From Ptychomitrium polyphyllum (Eukaryota), in assembly GCA_973851085.1 (NCBI GenBank), contig OZ316776.1, forward strand, positions 15,004,001-15,068,000: a stretch of DNA of 64,000 nt. Reading direction: 5' to 3'. The notes under the pieces were generated by a model. That model did not search any database. It saw nothing but the letters and a program-made list of their open reading frames with translations, and was not told where the DNA came from. Shown here piece after piece: positions 26,533 to 37,300 of the stretch (the stretch's first letter is position 1; every line of letters begins with the position of its first letter). A program made the position numbers and the translations under genes.

Positions 26533-27259
26533 AGAGATCCTACTTGGAAGATGTTTTGAAGGACTTAATCAAAATGAAATTGTGGGTTGGGACATTTTAA
26601 CAACAAAAGTCTTGGCTGGTGGTCACTAGAGCATTTTATAAGGATTAATTGAATTAATGGGCAAAAAAAATAAGCAAAATATGTTGCTTTTTTTTTTCAA
26701 CAAATTTTGAAATTTGAAAAGATGTAAATTGCAAGCCACAACAAAAACTCTTCATGAAACTTGTCGCTAAAAGAGGAAGTGATAGCAAAGATATAGATCA
26801 TGCAACATAATCTTTAGAATCTTTAAGGACCTTTTAGTATGTTGTACTAGCTTCTTAGAATACTTTCAATGCTTATAGCCATTTCCATTCCATTAGAAAA
26901 ATTCTTAGAAAGATTCCACTGCCTTCAGAAACTTCTTAACTAGGTTCCACCTCCTTGGAAAATTTCTTAGGAAGATTCTATCAACTTGGGAAATTTCTTG
27001 GGAAGGTCCCATAGACTTTTAGAATATTTTAAAGCTTTATAAAAAGCTTTTTTAGAAGTATCCTAAAAGATACAACTGTCATAGTATAAATAGGAGGCAA
27101 GACAAGGTATACTTTAGTCTTGACAATACAACTTGAAAATCATACTATATCATGCCCTTGATCTAGTCTTTATATCAGTTCATGTTAATCATTAACTCTT
27201 TAGAAACTAATTCTTAAGAACCATTTTGTCTCTATTTTTTGTTTCTTAAAACCCTAACA
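26533..27259 (+). mobile_element. Old family A 3' remnant (end of accessory ORF, PPT, degenerate LTR about 26783-27259)
   Basis: Matches 40130-41039 with heavy decay. TATAAATAGGAGGCAAGACAAGG is retained and the LTR ends CCCTAACA. Confidence 0.8.
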
Positions 27260-28606
27260 ATTCTCGTCCCATTCTTCCATGCCATCTAGATTTCAATGTG
27301 GCACAATAAGGTACTAAAGGGTTGTTTCTAAATGATACATGTCTATTATGTAATCAGGTCTGGCGTCTTCTAGCATGGACTTTCTTCTTGCAAAGTGTCA
27401 TCCAAGAGCATTGCTCTAAGGCGGTCGATACATGTGCTACACCTCTATGAAATTTGTCCTCCAAAATGCACACAACAAAAGACAGTCAAATAATAAGATT
27501 TCTAACATATCTTTTGATTTGAGGAAATGTATTTTGGAGATTGGGACACTGTATATGACTGGACCGTGTTGTCCTGTAGCCGCGGGACTCTGTGGCACGC
27601 TCGAGGGATATCCCGGCTTACTTTTCTCGTATTTTTGTGTGCATGCAGACATGCTGGTCCGCGTGTTGGCTGCTGGGCCGATACCGCGTTCTGGCTTGAT
27701 CTGGCTGGCGTCTTATTGTTCGCGCCCCCAACTTGCCTGCACTGTTGAGGGACTTCCTCAAGACAGGGTCTACGACTCAGGTGGCTCGCAAGCCACGACC
27801 GTCATTCCCAGGTGTGTTATTTGCTGTGAGGTTCACACTCCTCGCGTGGCCGCCCCTCGCAGCAGTCGCAGAGCTCCTTTCCTCCTTGTCGCTGCTCGCC
27901 CTGAGGCGCTCATTGTTCGCCATCTTCTCTTTCGTGTGCAGTTTTCAGCACCTTGCTCACGGTCCTGAGGGAGAGTGCTGCGCCTTTTCACCATGGTTGT
28001 CACCGCGAGCATATTGATGTGAAGCTGAGCTGCGAGCAACGTTTTGCGGAGGAGAGAGGTGTGGTGGATCTGAGTGCGTCTTGCAGCCCAGTAGGTTTTA
28101 GGTGGAGGTCGAGGAGGGGAGAGGAGCAGAATGGGGTATCGTTTGTTGGTGCAAAGTTTTGCTTTTTCTTTGTTTTGCCTATTGCTGTAGGCCCTTTCAT
28201 TTGTACTCGGCTTTCTGATCTCTTTGAAGTTGATGTGAGTTGATTCATGTGTTGATAGTGGAGGAAGGTGGATTGAGTGTTGGCATAATGGAGTGCCACC
28301 TTCTGTGAGTATAAAGTTGGTGTTAGGTGAGCTGATTTGTGTTGATGGTTGGAGGAAACTTGGGATTGGAGTGCTAGTCATGCGGATTGTAGCTTTGATG
28401 CGCATGAGGTGAATCCTATTTGGAGATTCTTTGATGCTGATTTGGCTTGCTACAGCCTCGCTGTCTTTACCTATAAATGAGCAAATTGCATGATCAATGA
28501 ATTACCGTGGAGAGTTTTTATAGATTTATGTGATATGATGCCATAAGGAAGATTGGGACTCCAAGTATCATTTGGGCGACCACGAGGAGGAATTTCTTGT
28601 ACTTTG

Positions 28607-28845
28607 CATCAGGTGCCTTTTTACAAGAAGTTTTTGATTGAATACATCAGGTGCCTTCTTACAAGAAGTTTTTGATTGAATACAAATGTTGGTGTAGAGT
28701 GCTAGTGGAGGCTGTGTGTGGATTCCATGTTGATCGTTTTGCACTCTAATAGGGTAGGTGGCTATAACTGCATTATTGCAGAGAGCTTCATTATAGTTGT
28801 GGCAATAATTGCATTTACTGCAGAGAGCTTCATTATAGTTGTGGC
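28607..28845. repeat. Two short tandem duplications (38 bp x2 at 28607-28682; 41-42 bp x2 at 28758-28845) upstream of the NLR start
   Basis: CATCAGGTGCCTT.TTACAAGAAGTTTTTGATTGAATA occurs twice and TGCAGAGAGCTTCATTATAGTTGTGGC occurs twice. Confidence 0.85.
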
Positions 28846-28919
28846 TTGTCATCGATTTGGATAATGCATTGATTATGGGACAGCTGATGTCGATATCGTT
28901 TGCAGCTTCAGAGGTTGTC

Positions 28920-31900
28920 ATGGGGGATCCAATTGGCACTCCTGCTGTAGTAGGAGCAGCAGTAGGTGCATTCTTCACAATAGTGATCAATGCAGCGAAA
29001 TGCGCCTTAGGCCATAGGAAGAAGTGCAGACTCCTCTTGGAAAGCGCAAATAAACTCCAACCACATATTGATGTAGCCCGTCGACATTCACTTGATTGGG
29101 AGAAAGCCCAATGTGATGCGTTGGAGGAAATCAGGATCATTTGGGAGAAGGCAAGAAGCTTTGGCACCAAAGGTGCAAATGAATCAAAGTTTGAGTGGGA
29201 AAGAGAGCAATGGTGTTTTGGCGGTGGGGGAAGTTGCCTGCGGAGTTGATGGACATCATTCGCCGGATTGAGGAGGCAAAGAGTAATGTTCTTTTTTGTG
29301 CTGCGGTTCATTATCTTGAGGATGTCAATACTGCAAAGAAAAGAACATCAAATTTTTTAGAACAACAAATCCCAACAGAGATTGTAGGGGTAGATATTCC
29401 ATTCAACAAACTCAAGGCTTTCATACATGAAAGCTATGCAAAAGATACAGCAAGCCACCTTGGTTTGCATGGAAGAGGTGGAGCTGGAAAAACGCTGTTG
29501 GCAAAGATGTTGCATAACGATAGAGACATCAAAGAGAAGTATGGAGCTGATTCTATCAAGTGGATCACTGTGGGCCTTGATGCAAGAGTGCTTGATTTAT
29601 ACAAAACAATGGCTACATTCTTAGAAGATGCAAGATTTGAGCAGAGCTATGCTCATCGAAGCTTGGAAGATCAACGCTCTTACTTGGTAGATGCATTCAA
29701 AGCAAAGAAGGTGTTGTTAATTTTGGATGATGTGTGGCAGGAAAGATGCGAGCAAAATCATACAATGATGTATTGGTTGAATATTGTTACAGCTCCGGGG
29801 TTTGTGACCTTAATCACAACTCGCAATGTCGCAATACTTTCAAAAGTTTATGCTGAATCAAAGATTGTATTGTCTCTCTCGGAAGATGACAGTTGGAAAT
29901 TGTTTTGCTCTCGTGCATTTCTCAATAGCACACTTCCGCAGTCCATTGCAGAGGAATTGGCCAAGGAGGTATGTCAAGAATGCAAAGGCCTTCCTTTGGC
30001 ATTGAAAGTTGTAGGTAGCGCTATGAAAGACAAGGTGAGAAGGGAAGAATGGAGACATGCTTTACAAAACTTGAAGCAGTCCAAAACAATATTGGGATCT
30101 TTAGTAGACAATGAACTTTTTGGTCGCTTGAGGTGGAGTTACAATATGTTGCAAAGGGATGAGATGAAAACGTGTTTCTTATACTTTGCAGCATTTCCAG
30201 AAGACTATGAGATTCCAATAACTAAGTTATTCCAAATGTGGATTTGTGAAGGCTTGGTTGATACAAAGGATGAAGCAAAAGCATACCTGGCGGTTCTTGA
30301 GAAGCGGTCTTTGATTGAATGGAATCAGGATGCTAAATATGCCCAAGTGCATGACATATTGCAAGACCTTGCACTCATGATTATAAACACTACTGGAGTA
30401 GGCGAGAGTGCATATAATTGTTTCTTTGCATCAGGGAAAGTGTTGAGAACATTTCCAAGAGGGAAGTCATTCCAAGCCATCAAAAGGATGTCATTAATCA
30501 ACAACACCATATTTCAAAGCTTAAACAACCTTCAAATACCTCATCTTGAAGTGTGCTTGTTGTCAGGGCTCAATGGATCTGTAGATCAAATATCAAATTT
30601 TTTCTCAAATTCTAAGATGACAAGTTTGAAGTATCTAGACCTTTCTCATAATCTGTTCAAATTTGAGGACATTATTCCATCCTTGAAATGGTCATCTTTT
30701 CTTACTCACTTGGTCCTATCATATTGTCAATCCTCGCAGCAACTTCCACAGCAAATTGGAGAGTTGAAGGCTCTTACGCACTTGTATCTATTAGGGTGTT
30801 CATCGTTGCAGCAACTTCCAATACAAATTGGAGAATTGACGGCTCTTATGCACTTGGATCTATCATGGTGCTCATCCTTGCAGCAACTTCCACAACAAAT
30901 TGAGGAGTTGAAGGCTATTACGGAGTTGAAGCTAAGAGGTTGTTCATCCTTGCAGCAACTTCCACAGCAAATTGGTAAATTGAAGGCTCTTACGAACTTA
31001 GATCTATCTAGGTGTTCATCCTTGCAGCAACTTCCACAGCAAATTGGGGAGTTGAAGGCTCTTACGGAGTTGAGCTAAAAGAGTGTTCATCTTTGTAGCA
31101 ACTTCCACAGCAAATTGGGGAGTTTAAGGCCCTTACGAACTTGGATTTACATGGGTGTTCATCCTTGCAGCAAATTCCACAGCAAATTGGGGAGTTGAAG
31201 GCTCTTTTGCAGTTGAATCTATCAGATTGTTCATCCTTGCAGCAACTTCTACAGCAAATTGGAGAGTTGAAGGCTCTTTTGCAGTTGAATCTATCAGATT
31301 GTTCATCCTTGCAGCAACTTCCACAGCAAATAGGGGAGTTGAAGGCTCTTACACACTTGTATCTAAACGGATGTTCATCCTTGCAGCAACTTCCACAGCA
31401 AATTGGGGAGTTTAAGGCACTTACACACTTGTATTTATATGGGTGTTCATCCTTGCAGCAACTTCCACAGCAAATTGGGGAGTTGAAGGCTCTTTTGTTG
31501 TTGGATCTATCAGATTGTTCATCCTTAGAGCAACTTCCACAGCAAATAGGGGAGTTGAAGGCTCTTAAGTACTTGAGCCTAAAAGGTTGTTCATCTTTGC
31601 AGCAACTTCTACAGCAAATTGGGGAGTTGAAGGCTCTTACACACTTGTATCTAAATGGATGTTCATCCTTGCAGCAACTTCCACAGCAAATTGGAGAGTT
31701 GAAGGCTCTTACGGAGTTGAACCTAGAAAGGTGTTCATCTTTGCAGCAACTTCCACAGCAAATTGGGGAGTTTAAGGTACTTACACACTTGTATTTATAT
31801 GGGTGTTCATCCTTGCAGCAACTTCCACAGCAAATTGGGGAGTTTAAGGCTCTTTGGCAGTTGGATCTATCAGATTGTTCATCCTTGCAGCAACTTCCAC

Positions 31901-34359
31901 AGCAAATTGGGGAGTTGAAGGCTCTTACACACTTGTATCTATCAGGGTATTCATCTTGCAGCAACTTCCACAGCAAATTGGGGAGTTGAAGGCACTTACA
32001 CACTTGTATCTAACTAGGTGTTTATCCTTGCAGCAACTTCCACAGCAAATTGGGGAGTTGAAGGCTCTTTGGCAATTGGATCTATTAGATTGTTCATCCT
32101 TGAAGCAACTTCCACAACAAATTGGGGAATTGAAGGCTCTTCAACACTTGGATCTAACTCGGTGTTCATCCTTACAGCAACTTCCACAGCAAATAGGGGA
32201 GTTGAAGGCTCTTAAGTACTTGAGCCTAAAAGGGTGTTCATCTTTGCAGCAACTTCCACAGCAAATTGGGGAATTGAAGGCTCTTACAAACTTGTATCTA
32301 TTAAATTGTTCATCCTTGCAGCAACTTCCACAGCAAATTGGGGAGTTGAAGGCTCTTACGGAGTTGAAGCTAAGAGGTTGTTCATCCTTGCAGCAACTTC
32401 CATAGCAAATTGGGGAGTTGAAAGCTCTTCTGAACTTGGATCTATTAGATTGTTCATCCTTGTAGCAACTTCCACAACAAATTGAAGAGTTGAAGGCTCT
32501 TACATCCTTGGATCTATCATGGTGTTCATCCTTGTAGGAACTTCCACAGCAAATTGGGGGTTTTAAGGCCCTTACAAACTTGTATTTATATGGGTGTTCA
32601 TCTTTGCAGCAACTTCCACAGCAAATTGGGGGGTTTAAGGCCCTTACAAACTTGTATTTATATGGGTGTTCATCTTTGCAGCAACTTCCACAGCAAATTG
32701 GAGAGTTTAAGGCCCTTACAAACTTGTATGTATATGGGTGTTCATCCTTGCAGCAACTTCCACATCAAATTGGGGGGTTTAAGGCCCTTACGAACTTGTA
32801 TTTATATGGGTGTTCATCTTTGCAGCAACTTCCACAGCAAATTGGGGAGTTTAAGGCCCTTACAAACTTGTATTTATATGGATGTTCATCCTTGCAGCAA
32901 CTTCCACAACAAATTAGGAAGTTGAAGGCTCCTACGGAGTTGAGCCTAAAAGGGTGTTCATCTTTGCAACAACTTCCATAGCAAATTAGAGAGTTGAAGG
33001 CTCTTTGGCAGTTGGATCTATCAGAGTATTCATCCTTGCAGCAACTTCCATAGCAAATTGGGGAGTTGAAGGCTCTTGAGTACTTGAGCTTAAAAAGGTG
33101 TTCATCTTTGCAGCAACTTCCATAGCAAATTGGGGAGTTTAAGGCTCTTACGGAGTTGAAGCGAAGAAGTTGTTCATCTTTGCAGCAACTTCTACAGCAA
33201 ATTGGGGAGTTGAAAGCTCTTCTGAATTTGGATCTATTAGATTGTTCATCCTTGCAGCAACTTCCACAACAAATTGAAGAGTTGAAGGCTCTTAAGTCCT
33301 TGGATCTACCATGGTGTTCATCCTTGGAGCAACTTCCACAGCAAATTGAGGAGTTGAAGGCTCTTACATACTTGGGCATAAAAGGGTGTTCATCTTTGCA
33401 GCAACTTCCAGAGCAAACTGGAGAGTTGAAGGCTCTTACGCACTTGTATCTATATGGGTGGTCATCTTGGCAGCAACTTTCACAACAAATTAGGAAGTTG
33501 AAGGCTCTTATGCACTTGTATCTATGTGGATGTTCATCCTTGCAGCAACTTCCACAGCAAATTGGCAAATTGAAGGCCCTTACATACTTTGATCTAACTT
33601 GATGTTCATCCTTGTAGCAACTTCCAGAGCAAATTGGAAAATTGAAGGCTCTTACGAACTTGGATCTATCATGGTGTTCATCCTTGCAGCAACTTCTACA
33701 GCAAATTGGGGATTTGAAGGCTCTTATGGAGTTGATGCTAAGAGGTTGTTCATCCTTGCAGCAACTTTTATGGCAAATTGAAGAGATGAAGGCTTTTACG
33801 TCCTTGGATCTATCATGGTGTTTATGCTTTGAGCAACTTCCACAGCAAATTGAAGAATTGAAGGCTCTTACATCCTTGGATCTATCATGGTGTTCATCTT
33901 TGTAGCAACTTCCACAGCAAATTGGAGAGTTGAAGGCTTTTTAAAACGTGGATCTAAAAGGGTGTTAATCCTTGCAGTAATTTCCACAGCAAATTGAAGA
34001 ACTGAAGGCCCTTACATACTTGGATCTAACTGGATGTTCATCCTTGTTGCAACTTCCAGAGCAAATTGGAAAGTTGAAGGCTCTTAGGCAGTTGAATCTA
34101 TTAGATTGTTCATCCTTGCAGCAACTTCCACAACAAATTGGAGAACTGAAGGCTCTTACGCACTTAGAGCTGAAGGCTCTTATGGAATTGAAGCCAAGAG
34201 GTTGTTCATTTTTGCAGCAACTTCTACAGCAATTTGAGGAGCTGACGACTCTTACGCACTTATATCAATTAAGGTGTTCATTCTTGCAGCAACTTCTCCA
34301 GCAAATTGAAGAGTTGAAGGCTCCTAAGCACTCAAAAATATCGTGGTATTCATCCTTGC
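28920..34359 (+). pseudogene. NLR disease-resistance-like gene: RPW8-like coiled coil, NB-ARC, very long LRR; pseudogenised
   Basis: N-terminus MGDPIGTPAVVGAAVGAFF; P-loop GRGGAGKT; kinase-2 LLILDDVW; RNBS-B LITTR; GLPLAL; RNBS-D CFLYFAAFPED; VHD. Frameshifts near 29200, 31075 and 31955, many stops, and an LTR insertion at 34360. The RPW8 assignment is by eye. Confidence 0.9.
30700..34359 (+). repeat. Coding tandem array of about 52 72-bp (24-aa) LRR units
   Basis: Consensus LKAL-xxLxLxx-CSSLQQLPQQIGE; DNA core TGTTCATCCTTGCAGCAACTTCCACAGCAAATTGGGGAGTTGAAGGCTCTT. Confidence 0.97.
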
Positions 34360-37300
34360 TGTCACGGACATAGATCATGCATCATAGTCCTTAAGACATT
34401 CTAAAACCTTCTAGTATACTATAATAGCTTCTTAGAATACTTTTAAATGTATCCATAATCTTTCCATATTCTTAGGAAGCTTCATACGAAAGTTCCTCCA
34501 CCATAAGAAACTTCCTAGGAAGGTTCTATCATCTTAGGTAACTTCCAAGGAAGGTTCCATCATCATAGGAAACTTCCTAGTAAGGTTCCATCATCTTAAG
34601 AAACTTCCTGGGAAGGTTCTATCCCTTTAGGAAATTTCCTAAGAAAATTCCAACTCCTTGGAAGCCTCTAAGGAAGGTTCCAACTCCTTGCAAGACTCTT
34701 AGGAAGGTTCCAACATCTTAGAAAACTTCTTGGGAAGGTTCCCTAGACTTCCAGAACATTCTTAAGCCTTGTAAGAAGCTTCTTTAGAAGTATCCTAGGA
34801 GATACAAGCGTCATAGTATAAATAGGAGGCAAGACAAGGTATTCCTTAGTCTTGCCAATACAAGTTGTGGATCATCTTGAATCCTGCCTTGTTATAGTCT
34901 TCGTATCAGATTCTTGTTAATCATTAGCTCTTTAGAAGCTAATTCTTGGAAAAAACTTCGTTTTTTCTTCTTGTTTCTTGTGTTCCTAACAATTTCGCAA
35001 GACTACTTTTCATCTTTGTCAGAGCTAAGGTTCTTTGAAGAAGATTGTGGATTACCCATCTTCTTTAGGATTCCATAGCGTCTTAGAGGTTGCGGATTAC
35101 CCTCCTCTAAGCTGGCACCATAGAGTTGGTTTTTCCTTCTAGAACCAAGTATTACTTCTTTCAAAGGACGTGGATTTTCCTCCTTTGAAGGTACTCATAG
35201 TCTTCTTATCTTTGCCAATCTTAAATAATGGATAACGTGCCTGGAACATCAGAGAATAAGTTTGCAACTATTGCAGACCTTCAAGAGTTATTAAACACAG
35301 TTCGAACGGAACTCTCCCGTTTTAATACCACCAACAATTTGGAGCAACATACTCGGCAAGCTGAAGAATCCAATGGTGATATTCAAAGCTTATATCAAGA
35401 GGTTGTTTGATTGCGAGAGGCCAATATTGGAAGGGAAGGCTTATGTTGAATCCATGCAAAGCCAAAGAATAGCATGCCAGACAAGTTCGATGGATCAAGA
35501 TCAAAATTGAGAGGCTTTGTTCAACAAGTAAGACTCTTTCTTAGTTTGCATCAATCTCGCTATCCTTATGGCATGACTCAAGTGGGATTTGTGGCCACTC
35601 TTTTATCAAACAATGCACTATTGTGGTTTGCACCACTAATGGAGAAGCAATCTCCATTATTAAACAACTTAGATGCTTTTATAGAAGCATTGACATCTAC
35701 TTTTAAAAACATCGACCGAGATAGCGTGGCTGAAACAAGAATCCAAAGTCTCCAATAAGGGCAGCGCTCAGCTGCTACATATGCTGCAGAGTTTCGACAA
35801 TCCTTGATTGGAATGATAAAGCCTTGGTCACACAATTTCAATGGAGCTTAAGAGAGAATGTCAAGGACTTGCTACTCACAATGCCAAGAGTTGAAACATT
35901 GGACGAATTCATCACTCAGGCAATAGCATGTGACAACAGACTATTTGAGAGGCGCCAAGAACAACGCTTGGGATGGCGACCAATACATCAAAGCATGGCT
36001 ACCACTTCTTCAAGAGCATCTGAAAGCCGACCGCAAGGACCAGAACCTATGTAAATTGATGCTGCCCAGTTCAGATGCATGACTCCAGAAGAAAAAGAAA
36101 GGCGTCGAAGAGAAAACCTATGTTTGTATTGTGGCAAGTCTGGACATAAAGTGCGCAACTACTAAATCAAAGGATCTACCTTTAAGGCTCATAGCACAAT
36201 GGTGGAGTTGGAAAACGAGGCTGTCCAGTCACAGTAGGGACCATGCGACTGGACACCACAAAGAAACGACCATCAAATCAAGGTCTCTTACTACCTTCAA
36301 GCCCTACCTCTTGTTTTACATTTCCTATCAAAATTAATTTGTTAGATGATGAAATAATTAGCGAGGCTCTCTTAGACACTGGTGCAACGGCATGTTTTAT
36401 GGACAAGGATTTTGCAACCAAACATCACATGGTGCTTACGAAGAAAAAATATCCCGCACCTGATGAAGTTAATGATGGACGATCTCTTGCGTCTGGCAAC
36501 GTTATTGAAAAAACTCAACCATTGGACGTTGTTTTAGGAGACCAGACATCTAAGATTGTCTTCAACATCATTCAATGCCAAACAAATCCTATTGTTTTGG
36601 GCCTTCCTTGGTTTAAATTACATAATCCAGACATTGACTGGCGCTCACGGAATGTAGTCTCAAGGAAAAGTTGTCAAGGTACGAGAGATCTTGGACCATC
36701 ATTTATTGGAGCAAAGGCATTTATGAGAGCAACAAAGGATGAACCAATCTATGCCGTTTATGCCACGCCAATGTCTAGCTCAACAATAGAGACTAATCAA
36801 AACATACCTCGTCAATATCAAGATTATAAAGACGTTTTTGAAAAGAAGAATGCGGACATGTTACCAAAGCACCGGCCATACGATTGTACCATTGAATTGC
36901 AAGAAGGAGCCCAACCACCTTTTGGACCTATTCATAACTTATCACAAACAGAGTTGGCTGCCTTGAGAGAATATATTGATGAAAACCTTGGAAAGGGTTT
37001 CATTCAACATTCTAAATCACCTGCTGGAACACCCATTCTATTTGTAAAGAAGAAAGATGGATCATTACGTATGTGCGTGGACTATCGAGGCCTCAATAAA
37101 GTAACAAAAAAGAATCGCTATCCATTACCATTAATCTCAGGACTCCTACAACAACTTGGCCAAGCAAAGATATTCACCAAAATTGACCTTAGAGGAGCCT
37201 ACAATCTTGTACGCATCAAAGAAGGAGAGGAATGGAAGACAACTTTTCGATCTAGATATGGTCATTTTGAATACAATGTCATGCCTTTTGGCCTTACTAA

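Noticed and set aside
27432..28405. Several overlapping 70-190 aa ORFs
   Set aside because: No recognisable motifs; expected by chance in a GC-rich island.
31062..33568. Cys-rich repetitive minus-strand ORFs (ICCGSCCKDE...) and alternate-frame ORFs
   Set aside because: These are antisense or off-frame shadows of the LRR repeat.
30700..34359. Regular repeat with constant and variable parts resembling a CRISPR array
   Set aside because: The period is 72 nt and in frame, the variable parts keep the LxL pattern and recur, it follows an NB-ARC domain, and there are no cas genes. It is a coding LRR array.
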